A DNA stretch of 64,000 nucleotides, from NCBI GenBank assembly GCA_047628775.1, contig JBLHVW010000003.1, positions 2,624 through 66,623 on the forward strand. Reading direction: 5' to 3'. Source of the DNA: Salibacteraceae bacterium. GTDB lineage: Bacteria > Bacteroidota > Bacteroidia > Flavobacteriales_D > Crocinitomicaceae. The stretch's first letter is position 1; every line of letters begins with the position of its first letter. The position numbers were made by a program, and so were the translations under genes. The notes below the pieces were generated by a model. The model did not search any database, had not been told where the DNA came from, and worked only from the letters and a program-made list of their open reading frames with translations. Below are positions 21,084 to 30,209 of this stretch, piece by piece.

Positions 21084-21956
21084 ATGAATTCAGCGTTTCC
21101 TGTTTATAGCATTAATCAGTTTCAATCTCAAAACCCAGACAGTGACTTTTATGCGAATTACTTTAGTCCGCACGTTAAAACACATCATTTCACGAATCTT
21201 CCGCACAAGCATGATTTTTACTTAATCGTTCTCATAACAAAAGGAAGTGGCCGCCATGAAATTGATTTTGAATCGTTCGATGTTGCTCCCGGAGCCTTGT
21301 TTATTCTTCGTCCTGGGCAGATGCACTTCTGGGAACTTTCGGATGATATTGACGGTTATGTATTTTTCCATTCAAGAGATTTTTACGACAAATACTCAGT
21401 TGGAGCAGGACTGAAGACTTTTGAATTCTATTCCTCTTTTCAAAACGCACCTTGTGTGCATCTGGCCAAAACAACAATGGACGAAATCAGTTTATCGATG
21501 CGGCAATTAGTGCTTGAGAAAGAAAAAAATGATCAATTCAAATGGGAAAAAGTACATGCTTTGATTACGATCATTTATGTCAACATCGCACGGCACTATT
21601 CACAAAAAAAAGAAGTGAAAAGTACAACTTACCTTCATAAGGCGCGACACTTCGAGGATTTAATAGAGACTAATTTTAAAGCAGTAAAGTTTGCTCGAGA
21701 CTACGCCCAAATGTTAAATACTTCTGAGAAACACTTGAATAGAATCACGAAGAGTTGTTTCGATAAGACGAGCACACAATTGATTGGGGAACGTATTCTG
21801 CTCGAAGCAAAGAGAATGTTAATGCACTCGGAATTTAACGTCACTCAAATTGGAGATGAATTGGGATTTAAAGAGAGTTCTTACTTTATCCGGTTCTTTA
21901 AAAAACACACCGGAATAACGCCGTTGACGTTTCTAAACACCTATGAAAACCGATGA
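21084..21956 (+). CDS. AraC family transcriptional regulator
   Basis: N-terminal cupin-like sensor (HKHDFYLIVLITKGSGRHEIDF) and C-terminal dual HTH (ARDYAQMLNTSEKHLNRITK...IGDELGFKESSYFIRFFKKHTGITP). Confidence 0.85.
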   Translation: MNSAFPVYSINQFQSQNPDSDFYANYFSPHVKTHHFTNLPHKHDFYLIVLITKGSGRHEIDFESFDVAPGALFILRPGQMHFWELSDDIDGYVFFHSRDFYDKYSVGAGLKTFEFYSSFQNAPCVHLAKTTMDEISLSMRQLVLEKEKNDQFKWEKVHALITIIYVNIARHYSQKKEVKSTTYLHKARHFEDLIETNFKAVKFARDYAQMLNTSEKHLNRITKSCFDKTSTQLIGERILLEAKRMLMHSEFNVTQIGDELGFKESSYFIRFFKKHTGITPLTFLNTYENR

Positions 21957-21973
21957 TTTATTGTGCTATAATT

Positions 21974-22330
21974 TTTTAACCGCTGAGGCGCAAAAGGCAC
22001 TATATCTCCATTGTTTTGACGCAAGATTCACATAAATGTGTATCATCTAGGGGTTGACCGAAGTTGGTTGTGTTTTTTTAACCGCTGAGGCGCAAAAGGC
22101 ACTATATTCCCATTGTTTTGACGCAAGACTCACATAAATGCGTATCACCAGGGGGTGACCGAAGTTTGTTTTGTTCTTTAAAAGAATAGGAATCAAAGCT
22201 CAAAGTCTGTAAAATGTTCTGTTAGTAATCTTTCACTTAACATAAGACCACGAAGAGGTCATTTGCGCCTTTAATTACATCCTACTTTGGGCATAAATAG
22301 AGCCTCTTGCGCCTCAGCAGTTAAAAAAAT
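21974..22330. repeat. MITE-like element: two tandem units of about 100 bp plus an inverted terminal repeat
   Basis: TTTTTAACCGCTGAGGCGCAAAAGGCACTATAT...GACCGAAGTT occurs at 21974-22072 and again at 22074-22174. Its terminal 25-30 nt recur inverted at 22300-22330 (GAGCCTCTTGCGCCTCAGCAGTTAAAAAAA). Confidence 0.65.
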
Positions 22331-22355
22331 TATAGGACACAAACTATTAAGAAAA

Positions 22356-23906
22356 TCATCTGCGCTCTTGACGTGACCGAATAATTTCTTCAACTGGAAC
22401 CCCTTCAATCCGACTCGTTAACCAAGAAATCAAATCCAAATACAAAAGCGGTCGTCTTTCAAAAGGATCATCAAAAATAGAAACCAAATTGTCTTTCAAC
22501 GCAACGAAATGTTCTCCTACCTCTTCCTTTCTCACATTTACCGTTGTCCGAATAAAACTAATAATTGCTTCTTGAATTTTTTGTAAATCTCCATATTTAA
22601 TCAAAAATCGATACGTGCTTTTCAATTGGTATTCAACCAAATCATCATTGCCCAATTCGTAATGTGCGACCAAGTTCAGGATTCGCGCGAAACACTGAAC
22701 ATCTTGTCTCAAGTATTTCTCTTTCACTTCAGAATGAATAATTTTATTCAAATGAACGATACAATTTTTGAAATCATCCGCGCCAAAATATAGACACGCA
22801 ATTTTATAATTGAAAACCTGAATTCTGTTTTGATCCAAGTAGTCAGAATTTGATTCTAACCACTGTTTCAATTCTATAACAAAGGCTTCATTTCCTCTAA
22901 ATTGACCTGCCAAGAAACGCTGATTCAACTCCGCCATGTTTTTATAGACGTCAATTAACATGAGCGTATTGTGATCGAATTCAGCGTTCTCCTTATTTAG
23001 GAAAGCCTTAAAGCTATCGTACATTTTATTGAATTGCCGCGGCTTGTTCGAATAAAATAAAGCAGATAGCGCATTGTGCACTCCTTTCAAATAAAAGATT
23101 GGGTCTCTGCTCATAAGAAGGTCTTTCGATTCTACAAGATTGATCCAATCCGAAGCGTGGCGGTAACACAAAGCAAAATTCTGTGTGATAAAATAATACC
23201 ACGTAAAGGCCATGTGTCGGTAAACGCGACCTTGCATTGAGCCGGCTTCATCCATTAAATGTTCGGTTTGTTCTTTAAACAACGCCTCTACTTTAATGAA
23301 CTGATGCTGGTTCTTAACATGTCCATACTTTAAGTAATAATCGTAGAGCAAAAGCGCTACATTCGACCAATTATCCCGGGCATCGAGCTGACCTCGCAAT
23401 TTAATATTCGTTTCAACAATTTCGGAGGCTCTGTTCTCGCCACTATCCGTCACGTAGAACAATTCTAGCCGCCGTTCCATTTCAACAATTGAGTGCAACG
23501 ATAACTCATCTTCCATGCTTTCCGCATAAACCCGAGCGCGTTTCAATTGCTCCAAACTTTGCAAGTAAAGTCCTTTCGAATACAGAACATTGGCGAAACT
23601 TAAAAGTTCGTGAATTTTAACCGATGAATCATTTCTGTGCAACAGACGCAAACTGATCAATAGTTGCTCGTACAAATGTGCCTTCAAATTCGAAATTGCA
23701 CTGACGCTTGTTCCTGAAAAATTAACCCTTATTTTTTCTGGATTGTATGTCGACTGTTTGTCCAACAAATCAAATAACGTCAAGAATTTAATGTCTTTTT
23801 CCCCGAAATTCCGTTTCGCGTACGATCGAAAATGTCGTTTTTCCGCTTTCGAAAGCGAATGAATTAACAAATATAAGGCATTGGTATTCGACTTGGACAT
23901 GTGCAC
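22356..23906 (-). CDS. hypothetical helical protein
   Basis: 516-aa ORF, helix-rich, no signal peptide, no recognised motifs. Confidence 0.6.
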   Translation of the reverse strand: MHMSKSNTNALYLLIHSLSKAEKRHFRSYAKRNFGEKDIKFLTLFDLLDKQSTYNPEKIRVNFSGTSVSAISNLKAHLYEQLLISLRLLHRNDSSVKIHELLSFANVLYSKGLYLQSLEQLKRARVYAESMEDELSLHSIVEMERRLELFYVTDSGENRASEIVETNIKLRGQLDARDNWSNVALLLYDYYLKYGHVKNQHQFIKVEALFKEQTEHLMDEAGSMQGRVYRHMAFTWYYFITQNFALCYRHASDWINLVESKDLLMSRDPIFYLKGVHNALSALFYSNKPRQFNKMYDSFKAFLNKENAEFDHNTLMLIDVYKNMAELNQRFLAGQFRGNEAFVIELKQWLESNSDYLDQNRIQVFNYKIACLYFGADDFKNCIVHLNKIIHSEVKEKYLRQDVQCFARILNLVAHYELGNDDLVEYQLKSTYRFLIKYGDLQKIQEAIISFIRTTVNVRKEEVGEHFVALKDNLVSIFDDPFERRPLLYLDLISWLTSRIEGVPVEEIIRSRQERR

Positions 23907-24054
23907 AATTTATTTATTAAAACGCTTTTTATCAGTCGTTTATATCAAAAACGCTTTGCTTTAACATCTTAACGCATTGGTTTTTTAATTTTCATTCGAA
24001 TCACAACTCACCTAGATTCGAATCGAATACAACATTAACAAGAAAATCGACATT

Positions 24055-25218
24055 TTGAAAGAACACGTTAAAATATTTGACACAACCTTACGAGACGGCG
24101 AGCAAGTTCCGGGGTGTAAATTAAGCACTTCCCAGAAAGTTGAAATAGCCAAAGAGCTAGAAATTCTTGGGGTCGATGTCATTGAAGCAGGATTTCCAAT
24201 TTCAAGTCCGGGGGACTTTGAAGCAGTATATCAAATTGCGACACTAATAAAAGACACGACCATTTGTGCTTTATCAAGGGCCATTGAGAAGGACATTGAT
24301 TCCGCAGGAGCCGCGTTGAAGAATGCCGTAAATGGTAGAATTCATACGGGAATAGGCACTTCTGACTTTCACATATTGCAAAAACTCAACACCAATCGAA
24401 AAGACGTTATTGAGCGTGGAATTAAAGCGGTTAAATACGCGAGAAATATATGTCCTGAAGTAGAGTTCTACGCTGAAGACGCTGGAAGAACGGACAATGA
24501 ATTTTTGGCTCGGGTGGTTGAAAAAATGATCCGCGCAGGAGCGACAATCATCAATATTCCAGACACAACGGGCTATTGTTTGCCACATCAGTACGGAGAA
24601 AAAATCGCCTATTTGATGAACAATGTTCCGAATATTGACAAAGCGATTCTATCAACGCATTGCCACAACGATCTTGGCTTGGCAACAGCAAACAGTATTG
24701 CAGGAGTTCAGGCAGGAGCACGACAAGTTGAATGCACAATCAATGGAGTTGGTGAGCGCGCTGGAAACACATCGCTCGAAGAAGTTGTGATGATTTTGCG
24801 CCAACACGATCACATTAAACTGAACACAAATATTCAAACAGAGCAATTAACTCAAATCTCTCGTATTGTTGAATTGGAAATGAATATGCCTGTTCAACGA
24901 AACAAAGCCATTGTCGGCCAAAATGCATTTGCGCACTCATCCGGAATTCACCAAGACGGCATAATAAAGAGCAGAGAAACTTACGAAATAATCGATCCTA
25001 AGGATGTCGGTGCAGGTGATTCACAAATAATTCTAACAGCAAGAAGCGGAAGAGCTGCATTGAAATACAGGGCGAAACTCCTAAAAGTAGACTTGAATAA
25101 AAATCAATTGGACATAGCCTACGATCACTTTTTACAACTCGCTGACCAGATGAGCCAAATCAACGATTACCAATTGAAAGAACTCTTAAATAACGAAGCA
25201 TTATGCCGCGTACAATAA
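24055..25218 (+). CDS. leuA: 2-isopropylmalate synthase (short form lacking the C-terminal regulatory domain)
   Basis: TTG start. [29 protein letters not shown] and [14 protein letters not shown] motifs. Followed by leuCDB. Confidence 0.85.
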   Translation: MKEHVKIFDTTLRDGEQVPGCKLSTSQKVEIAKELEILGVDVIEAGFPISSPGDFEAVYQIATLIKDTTICALSRAIEKDIDSAGAALKNAVNGRIHTGIGTSDFHILQKLNTNRKDVIERGIKAVKYARNICPEVEFYAEDAGRTDNEFLARVVEKMIRAGATIINIPDTTGYCLPHQYGEKIAYLMNNVPNIDKAILSTHCHNDLGLATANSIAGVQAGARQVECTINGVGERAGNTSLEEVVMILRQHDHIKLNTNIQTEQLTQISRIVELEMNMPVQRNKAIVGQNAFAHSSGIHQDGIIKSRETYEIIDPKDVGAGDSQIILTARSGRAALKYRAKLLKVDLNKNQLDIAYDHFLQLADQMSQINDYQLKELLNNEALCRVQ

Positions 25219-26567
25219 TTGATAAAATATGGGATCAGCACGTTGTTAAAACGGTGACTGACGCGGTTGATGTTTTATACATTGACACGCATTACATCCA
25301 CGAAGTCACAAGTCCGCAAGCTTTCACTGGACTGGACAAACGAGGATTAAAAGTCCTTCGACCAAAACAGACAATTGCGACAGCAGATCACAACATTCCG
25401 ACGAAGAATCAACACCTTCCGATTGAGAACAAGCTTTCAAGCAATCAAGTTGCAACCTTGGTACAAAATTGCGCGAACCACAACATAGAACTCTTTGGAG
25501 TTGGGCATGAGAAAAACGGAATTGTTCATGTTATCGGACCTGAAAACGGATTTACACTTCCTGGAATGACGATCGTCTGTGGAGACAGCCACACATCAAC
25601 GCACGGCGCATTTGGAGCTTTGGCTTTTGGAATTGGAACATCGCAAGTAGAGCACGTTTTGACAACACAAGCTTTGCTTTTAAGCCGACCAAAGACCATG
25701 AAAATTACGGTGAATGGTGCTTTGCAAAAAGGCGTTACAGCCAAAGATGCCGCTTTGTACATCATCGCACATTTAGGAGCAGAAGGCGCAACAGGACATT
25801 TTGTTGAATTCACGGGAACCGTATTCGAAAACTTCTCCATGGAGGAACGTATGACGGTTTGCAACATGAGCATCGAAATGGGAGCTCGTGGTGGAATGGT
25901 TGGAATTGATGCAACAACAATTGAATATGTTCAAGCCCGCATTGATCTTAAAGAAGAACGAAAAAATACTTGGCTGAATTTGAACTCCGACACGGACGCT
26001 GAATTTGACCAAACCATTGAATTGGATGGATCCGTAATTGCGCCAATGATTACAACGGGAACATCTCCAGATACTGGAATTGATCTTACAAAATCGATTG
26101 CTTCATCATCTCGAAATAATCCAAAAGGATTGAAATACATGCAATTGGAAACTGAGAAAACACTCCTCGGAAAGAAGATTGATTATGTGTTTATCGGAAG
26201 CTGCACAAATGGCCGCATTGAAGATTTACGGCTAGTAGCGGAAATTGCGAAAGACCGACAAAAAGCGGAGCACGTTACCGTTTGGGTTGTTCCAGGTTCA
26301 AACGATGTTAGAAATCAAGCCAAAAAAGAAGGCTTGGATCTCATTTTTGAAGCGGCTGGATTCGAGTTTAGAGAACCGGGATGCTCAGCATGTTTGGCCA
26401 TGAACGACGATAAAATTCCAAGTGGAGCGTTGTGTGTTTCCACTTCCAATAGAAACTTTGAAGGACGCCAAGGTGATGGTGCCCGAACATTATTAGCAAG
26501 CCCAATTACAGCTGCAGCAGCGGCAATAAAGGGAGAAATTACGGACCCACGAATATATTTAAACTAA
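25203..26567 (+). CDS. leuC: 3-isopropylmalate dehydratase large subunit
   Basis: [44 protein letters not shown] and [10 protein letters not shown] Fe-S cluster motifs. Confidence 0.95.
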   Translation: MPRTIIDKIWDQHVVKTVTDAVDVLYIDTHYIHEVTSPQAFTGLDKRGLKVLRPKQTIATADHNIPTKNQHLPIENKLSSNQVATLVQNCANHNIELFGVGHEKNGIVHVIGPENGFTLPGMTIVCGDSHTSTHGAFGALAFGIGTSQVEHVLTTQALLLSRPKTMKITVNGALQKGVTAKDAALYIIAHLGAEGATGHFVEFTGTVFENFSMEERMTVCNMSIEMGARGGMVGIDATTIEYVQARIDLKEERKNTWLNLNSDTDAEFDQTIELDGSVIAPMITTGTSPDTGIDLTKSIASSSRNNPKGLKYMQLETEKTLLGKKIDYVFIGSCTNGRIEDLRLVAEIAKDRQKAEHVTVWVVPGSNDVRNQAKKEGLDLIFEAAGFEFREPGCSACLAMNDDKIPSGALCVSTSNRNFEGRQGDGARTLLASPITAAAAAIKGEITDPRIYLN

Positions 26568-26568
26568 G

Positions 26569-27156
26569 ATGAAAATGATTCAATCAAGAGGCATGGTATT
26601 GAATGTCGAGAACATTGATACCGATCAGATTATTCCAGCTAAATTTTTAAAAGCGACAAGCAGAGAAGGCTTTGGGGAACACTTGTTTTCAAATTGGCGT
26701 TACCTCGAAAACGGTGAGCCGAACCAAGATTTCATTCTGAACACGGCCGCAAAAAACACCGCGGTTCTCATTGCGGGAAACAATTTTGGTTGTGGTTCAA
26801 GTCGTGAACATGCTGCGTGGGCCATTTCCGATTATGGAATTCGCGCCATTATTTCAAGTCAATTTGCAGACATCTTTAAGGGAAACGCTTTGAACAACGA
26901 CATCGTTCCAATTGAACTCGATCCAGAGGAATTAAAACTGGTCATGGGTTACGTTGAAAAGCATCCTGAGGCAAACATCGATATTGACATCGAAACGCAA
27001 TCTGTAAAGGTTTACAACGATGATTTTTCGTTCGAGAAAACATTTGCGCTCGATCCATTGAAAAAGAAATTCATCATGGAAGACATTAGCGAATTGGAAT
27101 ATTTATTGAGTATCAAAAAAGATGTGCAAGCATTTGAAGAATTGAACGTACTATGA
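26569..27156 (+). CDS. leuD: 3-isopropylmalate dehydratase small subunit
   Basis: NIDTDQIIPAKFLK and GNNFGCGSSREHAAWA motifs. Confidence 0.95.
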   Translation: MKMIQSRGMVLNVENIDTDQIIPAKFLKATSREGFGEHLFSNWRYLENGEPNQDFILNTAAKNTAVLIAGNNFGCGSSREHAAWAISDYGIRAIISSQFADIFKGNALNNDIVPIELDPEELKLVMGYVEKHPEANIDIDIETQSVKVYNDDFSFEKTFALDPLKKKFIMEDISELEYLLSIKKDVQAFEELNVL

Positions 27157-28268
27157 AAAAGCAAATAGCAGTAATTCACGGAGATGGAATTGGGCCTGAA
27201 ATCGTGAATCAAGGAATTAAGGTGTTGAATTCAATTGCCTTTCGATTCGATCATGAATTTAAATACGTTCTTGTTGAAATGGGCGCGTGTGCGATTGAAA
27301 AATACGGCGTAGCGATTACCGATAAAGACCTTGAAATTTGCGCATCAAGCGATGCTGTTCTTTTGGGTGCAATTGGAGACCCTAAATACGACAACGATCC
27401 AACTTTAACGGTTAGGCCCGAGCAGGGTCTTTTGAAACTAAGACAACATTTGGGTTTGTTTTGTAATATCCGTCCAATTGAGACTTACGACCTTATATCT
27501 GACAGTTCACCAATAAAAAATCACTTATTGACCGGCGTTGACTTCGTGATCTATCGCGAGCTCATTGGGGGGATTTACTTTGGCGAAAAAACGCTGAGCG
27601 AAGACAAAACAAAAGCGAGTGATTTGTGCTCGTACACCGTTGAACAAATTGAGCGAATTGCTCACGAGGCCTTTAAAGCTGCTGAACAACGCAATGGTAA
27701 ATTGACATTAGTCGATAAAGCGAACGTCTTGGAAACATCTCGATTGTGGCGTAAAGAAGTAACACGGATTGCAGCGCAATATCCGGATGTAATGTTGGAT
27801 TATTTATTCGTTGACAATGCTGCGATGCAGATCATTCAGCAACCTCAATCGTTTGATGTGATTCTAACGGAGAACATGTTTGGTGATATTCTCTCTGATT
27901 TGGCGAGTGTGATCACGGGGTCAATTGGAATGCTTCCTTCGGCTTCGGTTGGCGGAAAAAATGGTCTTTTTGAACCTATTCATGGATCGTATCCGCAGGC
28001 AAAGGGTTTGGACATTGCGAATCCAAATGCGACTATTTTGGCCGTTGCGATGTTGCTTGATAATCTTGGGATGCACGAAGAGGCTGAAGTGACAAGAAAG
28101 GCTGTTGATTGGGCGATGCAAGAGGGAATTGTTTCTGTGGATTTGAATTCTGAATCGCCTTCGAGTTGCAGTAGAATTGGGGATTTGATTGCGAATTACA
28201 TTGAGGATAAGGGAGCTGTGTTTATTAATAAACGGAATACTGAAGAGAGTAAAGGGGTGTTGATTTAA
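27153..28268 (+). CDS. leuB: 3-isopropylmalate dehydrogenase
   Basis: IAVIHGDGIGPEI, IYRELIGGIYFG, NMFGDILSDLAS and GSIGMLPSAS motifs. Confidence 0.95.
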   Translation: MKKQIAVIHGDGIGPEIVNQGIKVLNSIAFRFDHEFKYVLVEMGACAIEKYGVAITDKDLEICASSDAVLLGAIGDPKYDNDPTLTVRPEQGLLKLRQHLGLFCNIRPIETYDLISDSSPIKNHLLTGVDFVIYRELIGGIYFGEKTLSEDKTKASDLCSYTVEQIERIAHEAFKAAEQRNGKLTLVDKANVLETSRLWRKEVTRIAAQYPDVMLDYLFVDNAAMQIIQQPQSFDVILTENMFGDILSDLASVITGSIGMLPSASVGGKNGLFEPIHGSYPQAKGLDIANPNATILAVAMLLDNLGMHEEAEVTRKAVDWAMQEGIVSVDLNSESPSSCSRIGDLIANYIEDKGAVFINKRNTEESKGVLI

Positions 28269-28399
28269 ATTGGATCGCTGGCTCTTTTGGATAATGGACC
28301 GCTTCGCTATTGGATCGTATAACTTCACTACCGTTTGTTTTTCAACAGCTATCGCTTTTTCTTGCCTTTTAGATTTTTGATTAAGTGCTGTGTTTTGAT

Positions 28400-28575
28400 T
28401 TTAACCACATAGGCGCAAAAGACACAATTTATGCCAACTCTTGATTGGAGTACGAGACACTATGTAATCACTTTGTGATTCAGGATTTCTTTCGGTCAAT
28501 GTTCTTTAAATACTTCACCCAACCATTGTACTAAAACAATACACTTCTTGTGCCTTTTGCGCCTCTGTGGTTAAA
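28400..28575. repeat. MITE-like element of the same family as 21974-22330
   Basis: Terminal inverted repeats TTAACCACATAGGCGCAAAAGACAC (28401-28425) and GTGCCTTTTGCGCCTCTGTGGTTAA (28550-28574) flank about 125 bp. The ends resemble those of the 21974-22330 element. Confidence 0.6.
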
Positions 28576-28746
28576 TAATTTTACTTAGCAAAAAATGCTC
28601 TGCAGTTAAAACCATATCTTTGAAATCAAATTTTCAGAATGGCACTAATAAAAGAATGCAGAGAAGAAGCTAAGATTCTTGAGCAGGTGAAGACCGATGT
28701 GGAATTAAGCAAGTGCGATAGCTAAAACAAAATCTTACAAAAAAAT

Positions 28747-29265
28747 ATGGCTTTGATTAAAGAATGCAGGGGAAAAAATCCAACCCATGGAAACGATTGC
28801 TGGTTTGCAGAAAATGCAACAATTGTTGGTGATGTCACCATGGGCGATCAATGCTCCGTTTGGTTTAGCGCTGTAATTCGCGGTGATGTGAATTCCATTG
28901 TAATGGGGAACAAAGTCAACATTCAAGACGGCGCTGTGATTCATTGCACCTTCGAAAAAACAAAGACGGTCTTAGGCAACAACGTTTCAATTGGACACAA
29001 TGCTTTGGTGCATGGATGTACTGTTGAAGACAACGTTCTTATCGGAATGGGATCGATCGTTATGGACGATTGCTATATCGAATCTGGAAGTATTATTGCT
29101 GCAGGAGCTGTACTTTTAGAAGGTTCAAAAGTAGGAAAAGGTGAAATTTGGGCTGGCGTTCCCGCTAAGAAAGTAAAGGATATTTCTCCTGAGCTGTTCG
29201 AAGGTGAAGTAATGCGAATTGCGAATAATTACGTGAAGTATTCAAGTTGGTTTAAGGAGGAATAA
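28747..29265 (+). CDS. gamma carbonic anhydrase family (left-handed beta-helix, hexapeptide repeat) protein
   Basis: 172 aa with WFAENATIVGDVTMG, SVWFSAVIRGDVN, NIQDGAVIH, IGHNALVHGCTVEDNVLIGMGSIV and AGVPAKKV, typical of the gamma-CA/YrdA-like family. Confidence 0.9.
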   Translation: MALIKECRGKNPTHGNDCWFAENATIVGDVTMGDQCSVWFSAVIRGDVNSIVMGNKVNIQDGAVIHCTFEKTKTVLGNNVSIGHNALVHGCTVEDNVLIGMGSIVMDDCYIESGSIIAAGAVLLEGSKVGKGEIWAGVPAKKVKDISPELFEGEVMRIANNYVKYSSWFKEE

Positions 29266-29362
29266 AATCTCACTATAACCAAAACACTTCCAAGTTTTGT
29301 TGTTTAACAATGTTTAGAATTGGTGATGCCGTAATTAGACATTATCACCAATAAGCAGATAG

Positions 29363-30109
29363 CTATTCACTCACTCTCTTCTGAAATTCACCTACTTTGT
29401 TTCTTGATACTTTTGCAACAACATTGCAACTAAGACTTGTTGTTCCACGTGTTTTATTGAATAGCTGTAGATGTTTCAGATTAATTATCCAAGTTCTGTG
29501 GGATCTAAAAAATCCTGAATCTTCAGGCAATACCGATTCAAAATACTTTAGCGTTTTACTCACCGTAATAATTTGACCATCAGAAAGGTGAACCTTGCTA
29601 TATGCTCCATCTGCCTCGATTGCAATGATAGTATCTAACTTCAAAACGCGTCGATCTCCAAGTTCAGGAATTACGATTTGCTTGAACTCCTTCTCTTTCA
29701 TTGACTCAAGAAGAACTGTGTAATCATCTAAACGTTTACGTTCTTTTAATTTTGCCTCAAGGCGAGTTACAGCTTCACTCAAACGAGTTCTATTGATTGG
29801 TTTTATAAAATAATCAATTGCACTTAACTCAAAAGCCTTAATAGCGTATTGATCATAGGCAGTCACAAAAATGATCTCAAAATCTATCTGATCGAAGAAG
29901 TTTACAATTTCGTATCCAGCGTAATTCGGCATTTGAACATCTAGAAAAACAACATTAGGTTGCGATCGATTGATTTCCTCAACAGCTTCGAGAACATTTG
30001 AGCATTCAGCAATGATATTGATGACAGGACAACACCGCTCAAGAAGACTGGAGAGCACATTGCGGGCTCTTCGTTCGTCATCAACTATTATGGCATTTAT
30101 TTGTGTCAA
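29363..30109 (-). CDS. LytR/AlgR (LytTR) family response regulator
   Basis: Receiver domain (AIIVDDE...FLDVQMP...IIFVTAYDQYAIKAFELSAIDYFIKP) plus LytTR DNA-binding domain (IIAIEADGAYSKVHL...FFRSHRTWIINLKHL). TTG start. Confidence 0.9.
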   Translation of the reverse strand: MTQINAIIVDDERRARNVLSSLLERCCPVINIIAECSNVLEAVEEINRSQPNVVFLDVQMPNYAGYEIVNFFDQIDFEIIFVTAYDQYAIKAFELSAIDYFIKPINRTRLSEAVTRLEAKLKERKRLDDYTVLLESMKEKEFKQIVIPELGDRRVLKLDTIIAIEADGAYSKVHLSDGQIITVSKTLKYFESVLPEDSGFFRSHRTWIINLKHLQLFNKTRGTTSLSCNVVAKVSRNKVGEFQKRVSE

Positions 30110-30209
30110 GGTGCTAATTTAATGAGGATAATTGGAATTGTACTTTCTTCAAGTTGTTAAAATCCGACTCCTCAGATGAGAAGTCGGCTGTGTATAATGG
30201 TATGTGGTA

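Noticed and set aside
23995-24022. Hairpin TTCGAATC-12 nt-GATTCGAA upstream of leuA as a possible leucine attenuator
   Set aside because: There is no adjacent Leu-rich leader peptide ORF and no U-tract after the stem. A regulatory role cannot be supported from sequence alone.
27921-28328. 135-aa minus-strand ORF
   Set aside because: It lies antisense to the 3' end of leuB, which has unambiguous homology. Its composition is Arg/Ser/Asn-rich, typical of shadow ORFs.
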